NCBI GenBank assembly: GCA_963767925.1 | Contig: CAVYGB010000010.1 | Span: 1,472,001 to 1,536,000 of the forward strand | DNA from: an uncultured delta proteobacterium | GTDB lineage: Bacteria > Myxococcota_A > Polyangia > Fen-1088 | DNA length: 64,000 nt | Reading direction: 5' to 3' | Part shown: piece after piece, positions 38,819-49,018 of the stretch | Layout: every line of letters starts with the position of its first letter | Numbering within the stretch: position 1 is the stretch's first letter | Notes under the pieces: generated by a model | What the model was told of the DNA's origin: nothing | Seen by the model: only the letters and a program-made list of their open reading frames with translations | The model's database searches: none | Position numbers and translations under genes: made by a program

Positions 38819-41800
38819 TCAAGGACGGAAGCAGCAGTACGTCCCGGTGCGCAAGGCGTCCTCGAGGAATCGGCCCAGCTCGGGGTCGACCTCGGCGACG
38901 CGGGCGACGGCGTCTTTCAGCCGGCGCTGGACGTTGACGCGGGCGCGCTCGGTGGCCGAGCCGGCCAGGCGTGCCCTGCCGCCGAGGCCGGTGGCGCGGG
39001 CGAGCTCCCCGGCCAGCGCCTGGCGCTCGCGCAGCAGCGGGTCGGCCCGGCCGGGGTCGTCCAGCGCCTCGATGGTGGCGTCGATCTCGGCGATGCGGCG
39101 GCGGTAGGCGGCCCGCGCTCGATCGTCGAGCAGCTCGCCGGCGTGGCTCTCGGTCAGGCTCGCGCCCTCCCCGGCGAGGGCCAGCACGTGGACCTCCTCG
39201 CCCGGGCGCTCGGCCAGCCGGGCCAGCAGCTGCAGGCCCCGCGAGTCCTTCACGCGCACGATCCTCCCGCCGTGCTCCATCGTCCAGACGTCGCCCGCGC
39301 GCTCGAGCCGGAAGGAGTGGCGCGGCGGCACGGCGGACCCCTGGCTGCCCTCCGCGGCCACGAGTGCCGCCGCCTCTCCGCCGCGCCCGGCTCGCTCGAG
39401 GACCTGCGCCAGCTCGCGCGAGACCTGGGCCACCCAGGGGGCGTGGCCCCTGGTTCGTTCCTTGGCCAGCGCCTGCCGCAGGCGGGCCTCGGCCGAGGCC
39501 AGGTCGCCGAGGGCGGCGTCGAGCAGGCCGAGCACGCGGCCGACCGTGCCTTCGTAGGTGAACGATATGCCGGCCCCGAAGGTGTCGTCGCCCTCGAGCT
39601 CGCTCAGCCGCCGGTGGGCGAAGCGGCGATCGTCGGCGCTGCCCGCCAGGGCCACCGCCTCGGCCAGGGTGACGCGGGAGCCGGCTTCAGGGTCGCCCAT
39701 GGCCACCGCGAGGTCGACGTCCGCGAGCGCGGCGCGGGTGGCCTCCACGTCCCCCAGCCGGGCGTAGCAGCTCGCGCGCATCGTCGCGGCGAACTCCTCC
39801 TTGCGCTTGACTCCGTCGATGGCCCCCTCCAGCCGGGTGAGGGCGCGGGCGATGTCGTCCGGGGCGCGCAGGAGGCGAGCCCGCATGACCTCGTGGCCGG
39901 CGAGGGCGAGGGCCAGCGAGGGGGCGTCGGCGAGAGGCGCGATCTGGGCCACCTCGGCGGCGTGCCGTTCGGCCTCCCGGAAACGACCCAGGGCGAGCGC
40001 TCTTCCCGCCGCCAGCAGCAGGGGGCCCCAGCGCGAGCGCGGGTGCCCCACCCGGCCGGACAGCTCGAGGGCCTGGCTCACGGTGCGGGTGAAGGCGGCA
40101 AAGTCGCCCGCCTCGACGTGCCACCAGGAGAGCCAGGTGAGGGCGGTCAGCGCCTTGGCGTGGTCCTGCGCGGCGAGGGCCCGATCGCGGAGCTCGGAGG
40201 CCCAGGCGATCCGATCGGCGACGGGGGTGTAATAGGCGCCGAGGCCGCCGTCCGCGAGGACGTCGAGGATCGCCCCGGGATCCCCGGTGGCGCGCGCCTC
40301 GGCCAGGGCCTGCACGGCCAGCGCGGTGGGGACGCTCGGATCGTCGGCCGGCTGCAGGGCGGTGGCGAGCCGCGCCCGCACCCGACAGGCCAGGCCGGGC
40401 GTCTGCTCACCGAGCCTCCGCTGCGCCTCCTCGAGCGCCGCGATCTGAAAGGGATCGATCACGGCGACCCGCACCTCGGAGGCGTGGAGGAGCGCGGCGC
40501 GGGCGAAAGACTCGGCGTCGCCCGCCTCCCGGCTGGCGGCGATGATCGCCTCGCACAGCCGGCGCGCCGTCGCCGCCTCTCCGGCCTCCTGCGCGACCTG
40601 GGCGGCGTGCAGGCGTTCGGGGAGGGTGGCCGCCGGCAGGAAGCCGGCGGCGCGGGCCTCGGCGACGCGCGCGTGGAGCGCGAACGCCCGATCGAACGCG
40701 CCCTCGCGCTCGAGCAGCAAGGTGGCCCGGCCGGCCAGGGCCAGCGCCTGCTCGGCCCGGCCACAGGGCGCCGCCGCCAGGGCGTGGCGCGCGCGCTCGA
40801 CCAGCACGTCGGCCGAGTCGCCGAACGCGGCCAGCGCTTGCTCGGCGCGCTCGTGCAACCGCACGCGCTCGAGCGGCGAGATCGCCTCGCGGATGGCGTC
40901 GCCCACCAGGGCGTGGCTGAAGACGAGCTGCCCGGGCCGCGGCTCGCCCAGGATCCCGGCGGCGAGCGCGGGCAGGAGGGTATCCACCACCCGTACGGGC
41001 GTCGCGTCCTGCATGCGCGCGACGGTCGCGGCGGCGAACTCGCGACCGAGCACGGCCCCGCAGGCGAGCGCGTCGCGGGCCGCGTCCGGCAGCAGCGCCA
41101 CCCGATCGAGCACCACCTGACGGACGTTGGGCGGCAGGTGGAAGAGCGCCCCCTGGAGCCCCCCGGCGCTCTCGGCACCGCGGGCGCACTCGACGACGAA
41201 GAGCGGATTGCCGCCGGTGAGCTCGCGCAGCCGTTCGGCAGCGACGGGCGGGAGCGGGTGGCCGGTGGTCGCCTCGGCCAGCGCCGCCACCTCGGCGGTG
41301 GCGAGCGGACCCAGCGGCAGATCCAGGCCTTCGCGCCGCATGCGCGCCAGCCGGCGCAGCTTGCGCGCGTCGAGCCGGTTGTCGTGCGCGCGGGTCGTGG
41401 CCACCACCAGCGCGGGCAGGGCCCGCAGGGGCTGGGCCAGGAAGGTGAGCAGGTCGATCGTGCCGAGATCGGCGGCGTGGAGATCCTCGACCACCCAGAC
41501 GACCGCCCCGCCCGCGGCGGCGCTGGCGAGCGTCGCGAGCACCTCCTCCCAGAAGCGAAAAACCGCCTGATCGTCCAGCCGATCCCCCGCGCTCCCCGGC
41601 AGCTCCACGCCGAGCGCCCGCAGGCAGGGCCAGAGGGGGAAGTAGGGAGGCGCGTCGGCGAACTCCCAGGCCCGCCCCCACACGACCGGCTGGCCGTCGC
41701 CCTGGAGCTCCTCGGCGAAGCGGGCGGTCAGGGCGCTCTTGCCGATGCCGGGCTCACCCGACAGCAGGACCACCTGACCGCGGCCCGCACGCGCCGCCGC

Positions 41801-41857
41801 CCAGGCCTGCCTCAGCGTCGCCAGGGGGCCTTCGCGTCCATGAAGCGGGGCGGTCAT
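38819..41857 (-). CDS. STAND/AAA_16 ATPase transcription regulator with helical repeats and a C-terminal wHTH-like domain
   Basis: GRE..L, LSGEPGIGKS, VVEDLHAAD, TGGNPLFV, FSHALV; C-terminal ERARVNVQRRLKDA..LRTGTYC. Confidence 0.88.
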   Translation of the reverse strand: MTAPLHGREGPLATLRQAWAAARAGRGQVVLLSGEPGIGKSALTARFAEELQGDGQPVVWGRAWEFADAPPYFPLWPCLRALGVELPGSAGDRLDDQAVFRFWEEVLATLASAAAGGAVVWVVEDLHAADLGTIDLLTFLAQPLRALPALVVATTRAHDNRLDARKLRRLARMRREGLDLPLGPLATAEVAALAEATTGHPLPPVAAERLRELTGGNPLFVVECARGAESAGGLQGALFHLPPNVRQVVLDRVALLPDAARDALACGAVLGREFAAATVARMQDATPVRVVDTLLPALAAGILGEPRPGQLVFSHALVGDAIREAISPLERVRLHERAEQALAAFGDSADVLVERARHALAAAPCGRAEQALALAGRATLLLEREGAFDRAFALHARVAEARAAGFLPAATLPERLHAAQVAQEAGEAATARRLCEAIIAASREAGDAESFARAALLHASEVRVAVIDPFQIAALEEAQRRLGEQTPGLACRVRARLATALQPADDPSVPTALAVQALAEARATGDPGAILDVLADGGLGAYYTPVADRIAWASELRDRALAAQDHAKALTALTWLSWWHVEAGDFAAFTRTVSQALELSGRVGHPRSRWGPLLLAAGRALALGRFREAERHAAEVAQIAPLADAPSLALALAGHEVMRARLLRAPDDIARALTRLEGAIDGVKRKEEFAATMRASCYARLGDVEATRAALADVDLAVAMGDPEAGSRVTLAEAVALAGSADDRRFAHRRLSELEGDDTFGAGISFTYEGTVGRVLGLLDAALGDLASAEARLRQALAKERTRGHAPWVAQVSRELAQVLERAGRGGEAAALVAAEGSQGSAVPPRHSFRLERAGDVWTMEHGGRIVRVKDSRGLQLLARLAERPGEEVHVLALAGEGASLTESHAGELLDDRARAAYRRRIAEIDATIEALDDPGRADPLLRERQALAGELARATGLGGRARLAGSATERARVNVQRRLKDAVARVAEVDPELGRFLEDALRTGTYCCFRP

Positions 41858-41881
41858 CGCGACACGCTGAGTTGTTACACC

Positions 41882-41906
41882 GGTGTTCCAGCGATTGGAA
41901 CGCCTT
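41882..41906 (+). promoter_or_regulatory. 25-bp box B upstream of the secreted protein
   Basis: GGTGTTCCAGCGATTGGAACGCCTT, containing the dyad GTTCCA-N5-TGGAAC. Confidence 0.65.
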
Positions 41907-41966
41907 GTTTTGGAGGCCCGGACCGGGCACCGCAACCAAGACCCTCTCACCCGAGGAGCCGTCATC

Positions 41967-42509
41967 ATGTACAGGAGCTCGCCATCGCGCTTTCCATTCG
42001 TCGCTCTCTTCCTGCTGGCCGGAGGCAACGGCGCCGCCGCCTCACCGCCCGCCAGCGCTCCGCCGGAGCTCGCGCGCACGGTCGCGGCCTTCCTGGGCCA
42101 CTGGACGCTCGACGCCACCCAGTCGCTGCCCGGAGGGGAGAGCGAGAAGGGGAAGTTCGAGCTCGACTGCAAGAAGACCGCGCTCGGCAAGGCGGTCGCC
42201 TGCGCGATGAGGGGAAAGCTCCCCCGGTCGGGCGCCTCGGAGGGCAGCCTCATCGTCGGCTTCGACACCCACGGCGGCAAGGTCCACGTCATGGTCGTCA
42301 CCTCCGACGAGTCGGTTCACGACCACGTCTGCGCCTGGAAGGGAGACGCCCGGCTCACCTGCGATCCGCTCGTGGGCGGCTCGGGCGGCCAGCCGATCAC
42401 CGAAGACCTGAGCTTCAGCTTCGGTCCCAGGACCCTCACGATGAACGTCGTCGCGACCCTGAAGGACGGGGGCCGCGTGCTGTTCGACGCCTCCGGCCAG
42501 CGGCGCTGA
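41967..42509 (+). CDS. Secreted beta-barrel protein (DUF1579-like)
   Basis: Signal peptide, PPEL...AFLGHW; GAGGAG RBS; family call is tentative. Confidence 0.7.
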   Translation: MYRSSPSRFPFVALFLLAGGNGAAASPPASAPPELARTVAAFLGHWTLDATQSLPGGESEKGKFELDCKKTALGKAVACAMRGKLPRSGASEGSLIVGFDTHGGKVHVMVVTSDESVHDHVCAWKGDARLTCDPLVGGSGGQPITEDLSFSFGPRTLTMNVVATLKDGGRVLFDASGQRR

Positions 42510-42544
42510 CCGGCCGGCGCACGAACTCCCGGGGCCCCGATCCG

Positions 42545-43091
42545 ATGTGCTCGTCGAGGACAGCAGCTCCGGCTGGTGCAGCAGCGAGGCGGCAGGTCGC
42601 AGCGCACGCGCTGGCCCAGGCTGAGCTGGCGCACGGGCACGTCGAGCAGCGCCCCAGGTCGAGCAGGGCCACCAGCTCGTCGCGCAATCGCCGGTAGGCG
42701 GCGGCCGGCACCGGTAGATGTCGCGCAGCAGATCGAACGACTCGATCACCGGCAGGTCCCACCAGAGCTGGGTGCGCTGCCCGAACACGACCCCGATGCG
42801 GGCCACGTGCGCGAGGCGCTGGCGCCAGGGGATCCGCCCCGCCACCTCGCAGCGGCCCGCGCTCGGCCCAGGATGCCGGCCAGCACCTTGATCGTCGTCG
42901 ACTTGCCGGCCCCGTTGGGGCCGATGTAACCGACCAGCTCCCCCGCCTCGATCGAGAAAGACACCCCGCCGAGCGCCCGCACCTCCCGGTGGCGCCGCCG
43001 CACGACCGCCCGCAGGGCGCCCCACAGGCCCGCCGCCCGCTCGGCGATCTGGAAGGTCTTGACCAGGTCCTGGGCGACGATCTGGGGGCAT
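42545..43091 (-). pseudogene. ABC transporter ATP-binding subunit, multiply frameshifted and truncated
   Basis: Pieces in different frames: [52 protein letters not shown]. Confidence 0.85.
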
Positions 43092-43201
43092 GGGCGCGCT
43101 CAGAATAGGCCCCGCCGCCGGGCGCCATCCCCGGCGGCGGTCCCGATCTCGCAGGCGCCGCGAAAGAAAACCACCTCGACCGCCGATGTGGCAGCCGAGA
43201 C

Positions 43202-44005
43202 ATGTCGCGCGCGACCACCTCCCTGCTGGGCGCGATCCTGGGCGCCCTGGCTCCCGTGGTCCTCGTCGCCTGTGTCGACCTGCGGAAGCCACCCGGCGTC
43301 TCCTGCGCCGACGCCTGCCCTCCGACCGACGACGGCGGCCCCCCGCCCGACGCGGCCGCGCCCGACGCCCCCGTGGTTCCGCCCGACGGCGCCCGCGACG
43401 ACGGGCCCCCCGACGGCCCCGAGCCGCCAGACAGCGCCAGCCATCCCGACGCCGAGCCCCCCGACGTCGCGGGACCCGAAACCCCCGAGGCACCCCCGCC
43501 GCCCCCGCCCGACACCGGCCCCGAGGCGCCGGTCCCCGCGGACTTCGCCCCCTACAACTTCGAGCAGGACGTCCACGGCTGGCGCCTGATCCGCCCGAGC
43601 GGCAACGCCACCACCGCGGCCCGCGCGACGACCCGGGCCTTCGCCGGAGCGAGCGCGCTGGCCATCGACCTCGACGGTCCGGCCGGGGCCGTGGCGGTCG
43701 CGGTCGGGTGCTCGGGCGCCGCCGTGATCCCCCCGCCCGCCGGCGGCGCCAACGTCGCCTTCCGGATCTGGTTCCCGGTGGGAACGCCGCTGCAGTCGGT
43801 GAGCCCCTACTTCATCGATCTCGAGCCCACGCTGTCCCGGGCCTACACCACCTCGACCGCCGCCTCGTCGCTGGTGGCCGGCGCCTGGAACACCATCATC
43901 GTCACCACCCCCGCCACCCTCACCAACGTGATCGAGCTGGGGATCGAATGGCGCACCACCGCCGCCTGGCGCGGCACGGTCCACGTCGACGCCGTCGCCT
44001 GGTGA
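43202..44005 (+). CDS. Lipoprotein with a Pro/Asp-rich linker and a C-terminal CBM-like beta-sandwich
   Basis: Lipobox LVAC; YNFEQDVHGW, GAWNTI, ELGIEW..GTVHVDAVAW. Confidence 0.75.
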   Translation: MSRATTSLLGAILGALAPVVLVACVDLRKPPGVSCADACPPTDDGGPPPDAAAPDAPVVPPDGARDDGPPDGPEPPDSASHPDAEPPDVAGPETPEAPPPPPPDTGPEAPVPADFAPYNFEQDVHGWRLIRPSGNATTAARATTRAFAGASALAIDLDGPAGAVAVAVGCSGAAVIPPPAGGANVAFRIWFPVGTPLQSVSPYFIDLEPTLSRAYTTSTAASSLVAGAWNTIIVTTPATLTNVIELGIEWRTTAAWRGTVHVDAVAW

Positions 44006-44162
44006 CCGCCCCCCCCGCGGCTCGGGACAGCGCCCGAGCCGAAGCCCGTCGTCCGGTCCCGAAAAACTGAGGGCCCGCGCGCCTTGCCGGGGCTTGCGGG
44101 GCCGAAGGCCGCCACTTTGCCACCGCCCTCGGGTTGGAACGCCAGTTGCTCCACCGCTGCCC

Positions 44163-45539
44163 ATGCCCGCCGCCATCCACTCCCGCTGCCGCGCCCGCTT
44201 TCCGATCACCCTCGCCTTCGCGCTCGCCGCGTCCGCGTCCGCCTGCGGCGAGCGCCCCGCGCCGCTGGACCCCGACGAACCGACCCCCATCACCGAACGG
44301 GTCGGCGCGACCCCGCCCGACTACCAGTGCCGGCTCGACCGCCCGCGCGCCGACCACACCCCCCGACAGTGGTCGGGCCGCCAGGCGCTGGTCACCACCA
44401 GCGCCGGCGCCTACCTGGCCCGCCTGGAAGCGCAGCCGCTCCGCCCCGACCTGGTCGTGGTGCCCGGTCCGGCCAAGGTCCTGCTGTCCACCGTCGCCGC
44501 CGACGGCAGCTTCGGAGCGCCGCTCACCGTGTCCGATGCCGATCCCGAGACCCTGGGCGGGGTGGCGGTGGCGCCCACCGCCGCCGGGTTCGCCGTGGTG
44601 TGGATCGAGGGGAGCGCCCTGCGCCTCGCCGGCTTCGACGCGCAGGGGTCCCCCACCCTGGCGGCGCGCACGGTGGCAGCCCCCGGGATCGGCAGCACCT
44701 CCCGCCTCCGCCTGGCCGCCGGGTCCGACAGCGGCTTCGGCATCGTCTACGGCGTCGAAACCCAGGGGCAAGCCACCGAGCTGCGTTTCCTCGTGATCGA
44801 CGCCTCGGGCGGCGTGCGGAGCGCCGCCCGCAAGATCGGCGCCGGCCCCGCCCCCTTCGCCGACCCCGCCCCCTCGATCGCCGCCTCCGCCGGCGGCTAC
44901 GCTCTGCTCTGGCGAGGCGGGACCGGCACCGGCCGCATCGAGTTCGCCCGGGCCGATCTGCAGGGCGCGGAGGTGGTGGCCGCGCGCGCCGTCTCGGCCC
45001 CCCAGCCAGCGGGGGTCATGGTGGGCGGCACCTCCGGCTTCGATCCCGCCACCACCTCCCTGCTCCCGGTCGACGGCGGTTACCTGGCGGCCTGGACCGA
45101 GGTGCGCTGGGATCCGAATTCGTTCATGAACAGCGCCTGGGGCATCGTACGGGTGGCCCGGCTGTCCGCCAGCGGCGAGACCGAGGGCCTGGCCGCGCCC
45201 CTGCGCGCCCCCACCTTCGACATCGACGAGGTCGAGCCCTCGCTGGTGCGCTTCGGCGACGCGGTGGCGGTGCTCTGGGGGCGCGGCTCGCACATCTACA
45301 TCTGCGGGGGCTGCGTGCCCGACCACCGCATCGACCTGCTGCTGATCGATCCGCGCACCCTGACCCCCCGGAGCAACGTCGTCAGCGTCGCCAACGGCGG
45401 CGGGCTCAAGGCGGGCGGGCTGCTCCGCCGGGAGGTCGCGGTGCTCGGCTCGTCGCTGCTCACCACCTTCAACCTCACCTTCCACGTGCACGCCACCCCC
45501 GGCTCGGCCACCTTCGTCTGCGAGGAGACCAGCTCCTGA
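44163..45539 (+). CDS. Lipoprotein, probable beta-propeller
   Basis: ASAC lipobox-like; repeated GFAVVW, GGYALLW, GGYLAAW, AVAVLW. Confidence 0.75.
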   Translation: MPAAIHSRCRARFPITLAFALAASASACGERPAPLDPDEPTPITERVGATPPDYQCRLDRPRADHTPRQWSGRQALVTTSAGAYLARLEAQPLRPDLVVVPGPAKVLLSTVAADGSFGAPLTVSDADPETLGGVAVAPTAAGFAVVWIEGSALRLAGFDAQGSPTLAARTVAAPGIGSTSRLRLAAGSDSGFGIVYGVETQGQATELRFLVIDASGGVRSAARKIGAGPAPFADPAPSIAASAGGYALLWRGGTGTGRIEFARADLQGAEVVAARAVSAPQPAGVMVGGTSGFDPATTSLLPVDGGYLAAWTEVRWDPNSFMNSAWGIVRVARLSASGETEGLAAPLRAPTFDIDEVEPSLVRFGDAVAVLWGRGSHIYICGGCVPDHRIDLLLIDPRTLTPRSNVVSVANGGGLKAGGLLRREVAVLGSSLLTTFNLTFHVHATPGSATFVCEETSS

Positions 45540-45546
45540 ACCCCGG

Positions 45547-46254
45547 TCACAGCGGGACGGGGTCCTTCTCCCCGGGGAAGGGACAGCGCAGCTCCCTCGT
45601 CGCGGGCCCGTCGATCAGATCACCGCCGCCATCGAAGGACTCGATCCGCTCGGTGACATGGATCATCCGGCCGGGATCGTATTCGTCGAGGGGCTTGCCG
45701 GCGTTCTTCTTGCGGTAGGCGGCGCAGCCCTCGACCGCCAGCGCCCGCATCCTGGCCCGGGTGCATGCCTCCGGCGCATCCACCAGCAGCCGGTTGATGA
45801 CGCCGACCTCGCAGTGGCCGAGATCCGGGCCCGGGGCCCGCTCGCCGCAGGCGACCGCCACCGGCGTGGCGTTGCAGCGGTCGCTCAGCTGGGACCGGAT
45901 GAGGACCCAGCAGGCGTGCACCCTCGGCCGGCACACGCCCGCGCAGAACATGCCCGGGCAGGACGGTCGCCCCCGGGGACGAGGCGCAGCGGGCTGGCCG
46001 GGACCGGCGTCCGGAGCCCGGACCGGGGTGGTCTCCCGGGGCGCGATCGCCCGGACGGGGGTGGGCTCCGGGACCGGCGGGCGCTCACGGCCTGACAGAC
46101 AGCCGAGCTGGCCAGCGGCGGCGATCAGCCCGAGGGCCGGCCCGAGCCCGAGTCCGGCGAGGCGCCGGCAATCGTCAGGGGATTTTCCGCGCAGGTCGTG
46201 AAGCACGCCACATTTCCTGGTCGATAGAAGCGGTGGGGTTACCGCGTGCACCAC
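45547..46254 (-). CDS. Cys-rich hypothetical protein, possible lipoprotein
   Basis: Hydrophobic stretch ending QLGC, Pro-rich linker, about 10 Cys; start uncertain. Confidence 0.55.
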   Translation of the reverse strand: MVHAVTPPLLSTRKCGVLHDLRGKSPDDCRRLAGLGLGPALGLIAAAGQLGCLSGRERPPVPEPTPVRAIAPRETTPVRAPDAGPGQPAAPRPRGRPSCPGMFCAGVCRPRVHACWVLIRSQLSDRCNATPVAVACGERAPGPDLGHCEVGVINRLLVDAPEACTRARMRALAVEGCAAYRKKNAGKPLDEYDPGRMIHVTERIESFDGGGDLIDGPATRELRCPFPGEKDPVPL

Positions 46255-46330
46255 GCCATTGAGTCCCTCGCGCGCGCCATGTTACGACGATGGCGTGGCG
46301 AGGGGAACTTTCGAGTCGCGTCCGGGAGAA

Positions 46331-48826
46331 ATGCCTCGCAGCGAAACCGAGACGGCCGGACATTCCCTTGCCCTGCCCGGGCCCGCCCGCGCCGCCGACG
46401 CGCCTCCCGCCCGCGACCTCCAGCCCGGCGAGGTGCTCGCTGAACGTTATTCGATAGAGGCCGAGGTGGGTCGAGGCGGCGGCGGGATCGTCTACAAAGC
46501 CTTCGATCAGGGCGCCCAGCTCTGGGTGGCGGTGAAGCTGCTCAACCCCGCCAAGTGGTCGGGGCCCCAGTCCGCCGAGCAGCTCTACCGCGAGCTCCGC
46601 TTCGGGCGGTCGATCCAGCACGCCAACGTCTGCCGCATCTACGACGTGTTCGAGGCGCAGGGCCGCCACCTGCTGGTGATGGAGTACGCCAGCGCGGGCA
46701 CCCTGCGTACAACCTTGCGCGACGGGAGCGGCGACCGGCCCCTGGCCGACAAGCTGGCCGACGCCCGCGGGGTGATCGCCGGCCTGGCCGCGATCCACGA
46801 CGCTGGCCTGGTCCACCGGGACCTCAAGCCGGAGAACATCCTGCGCACAGCCGACGGGCGCCTGCTGGTCTCCGACTTCGGGCTCACCCGCTTCGTCGAC
46901 CAGGCGACTTACACGACCGGCCTCGCCGGCACGCCCGGCTACCTGGCCCCCGAGCTCCTCTCCGGCTTGCGGGAGAGCCAGGCCTCGGACGTGTGGTCCC
47001 TCGGCGTGATCCTCCACGAGATCCTCGAGGGCGAGCGCCCGGCCTGGCTGGTGCCGCCGCGGGCCTCGGCCAGCCGCGCCCACCGGGCCCTCGACGCCCG
47101 GCAGGCAGCGGTGGCGGCGGTGGGGCTGGCCTGCCGGGCCCAGGATCCGCAGCGGCGTCCGGCCAGCGCCCGCGAGGTGGAGGCGCTGCTGCAGAAGAAG
47201 ACCGCCGCGGGCTCGGCGGCGACGGTGCGCTGGCGGCGGGCGGCCCTGGCCCTCGTCGTCGGTGCGACGGGCGCGGCGGCGCTGCTGCTCGTCGGCCGCG
47301 CCGGGTGGCGAACGGCGGCCTCCCCGCCCCCCGAGCGGGCGAGCCTCGACCCCGGCACCGACTGGAGCGCCTCCCGCCTGATCGCCACGCTCGCTGGCAG
47401 CTATTGCCTGCAGGCCCTCCCGCCCGACCGCCGGATCGTCCGCGCCGTCTCCCGCCTGCCGCCGGCGGAGATCGACATCGACGCCGAGGCGGGGAGCTGG
47501 GTCGACGGCCCCACCCCCGGAGACGAAGGCTGTCTGGCCCGCTTGCCGGGGAGCGCCGCCGTGCTGTTCACCCGGCCGTCCCAGGGGCCAGACCGTCAGG
47601 TGATGCTCGGCCCCGGACCCGACGCCCGCGGCGCGGCGCCGCTGCTGCGCGGCTCGCACCCGCGCTGGCTCCCATCCGGCCGCGCGCTGGTCTTCGTCAC
47701 CCCCGACCAGCGGCTGGCGGTGAGCAACCTGCAAGGCCACGTCCGGCCGCTGGCCGCCAGCGGGCCGCCCCCCTTCGAGGTGCGCGACCTCGCGGTCGAC
47801 ACGCGGGGCGAGCGGGCCGCCGCCCTGGTTCACCACCGCCTCCCCCTGGAGGAGGCCCGGATCGAGGTCCACGACCTCCGGACCGGCCAGCCCATGGGGA
47901 GCTGGAAGCTGCCCACCCCCGCGACCCACACGGTCACCTTCGATCCGGTGCGCGGGACCTTCCAGTTCCCCGAGCAACGCCCGCCTGGCTGGGTCTGGAG
48001 CGAGCTCGACGCCGGCGGTGGGATCCGGGTTGTCGGTCGGGTGCCCGGCCGGAACATCGACCGGGCGGTGCGCGCCCGCCACGGCCTCCTGTTCACGATG
48101 CCGATCGAGTCCAGCACCGGCGCGCTCTACCGCCTGGACCGCGACGGCTCCGAGAAGTACATCTCGGCCCGGGCCCGCCAGTTCCGGGTCTCGCCGCGCG
48201 GGGACCTGGTCTACATCCAGGTGGACCGGTCCAACCTCGGCACCGTCCTGCTCAAGCGAGGGGACGGGCCGGTCGTCATCCTCAGCGAGGCCGACAGCTA
48301 CGGCGAGCCGGACATCTCGAGCGACGGGAGGATGGTCGTGTTCGACCACGTGTTGACCGGGGAGATCTTCGCCTGCGACCTGACCGGCGGCGATCACAAG
48401 TCGCGCTGCCAGCTCACGACGGTGGACCGGGGCCTGTTCCGGACGCCCGGGCTGACCCTCGATCCGGAGGGCCAGACGCTGGCCTACGCCGCCCACGAAG
48501 GAGGCACCCTCGGCGGCCCGCTGCACCTGCGCCTGCTGGCCCTGCCGACCCGCAAGACCCGCGACCTGACCCGCCTCGACGGAATCTGCGGCGACGCCTG
48601 CCAGATGCGCTGGTCCACGCCGGCCACGATCCGGATCTGTCCCGGGCAGGGCGCCACCGTCACCGAGGTCGACGTCGCCTCGGGGAGCACGGTCACCCGG
48701 CCGCTGGCGGGGCCGCGCGCCGCCGCCTGCGCCAGCCCGACCGGCGACCAGGGCCACGAGCTGCGCAAGCGGGCGGCGTTCGAGTTCCGCTACGTCCCCG
48801 ACCTCATCGGAGCCCAGGACAGGTAA
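46331..48826 (+). CDS. Membrane Ser/Thr kinase with a propeller-like extracytoplasmic region
   Basis: GRGGGGIVY, VAVK, HRDLKPEN, DFG, GTPGYLAPE, SDVWSLG, one TM; GGAGA RBS. Confidence 0.9.
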   Translation: MPRSETETAGHSLALPGPARAADAPPARDLQPGEVLAERYSIEAEVGRGGGGIVYKAFDQGAQLWVAVKLLNPAKWSGPQSAEQLYRELRFGRSIQHANVCRIYDVFEAQGRHLLVMEYASAGTLRTTLRDGSGDRPLADKLADARGVIAGLAAIHDAGLVHRDLKPENILRTADGRLLVSDFGLTRFVDQATYTTGLAGTPGYLAPELLSGLRESQASDVWSLGVILHEILEGERPAWLVPPRASASRAHRALDARQAAVAAVGLACRAQDPQRRPASAREVEALLQKKTAAGSAATVRWRRAALALVVGATGAAALLLVGRAGWRTAASPPPERASLDPGTDWSASRLIATLAGSYCLQALPPDRRIVRAVSRLPPAEIDIDAEAGSWVDGPTPGDEGCLARLPGSAAVLFTRPSQGPDRQVMLGPGPDARGAAPLLRGSHPRWLPSGRALVFVTPDQRLAVSNLQGHVRPLAASGPPPFEVRDLAVDTRGERAAALVHHRLPLEEARIEVHDLRTGQPMGSWKLPTPATHTVTFDPVRGTFQFPEQRPPGWVWSELDAGGGIRVVGRVPGRNIDRAVRARHGLLFTMPIESSTGALYRLDRDGSEKYISARARQFRVSPRGDLVYIQVDRSNLGTVLLKRGDGPVVILSEADSYGEPDISSDGRMVVFDHVLTGEIFACDLTGGDHKSRCQLTTVDRGLFRTPGLTLDPEGQTLAYAAHEGGTLGGPLHLRLLALPTRKTRDLTRLDGICGDACQMRWSTPATIRICPGQGATVTEVDVASGSTVTRPLAGPRAAACASPTGDQGHELRKRAAFEFRYVPDLIGAQDR

Positions 48827-49018
48827 ACCCGACGCAGGTCGGGTCGGAGCGACGCGGCGATCGATCCTCCGATCCGGACCGGGCGCCCGCGCGTACCATG
48901 CCCGCCGGCTGCCCTGGCCGTGGTAAGGGTACGGCCCTCCCATCACGGCTTCCCCGAGCTCGATGATGCCCGCGACGCCCAGGCGGGCCTGGACGACCCC
49001 CCTCAGGAAAGGAACCGC

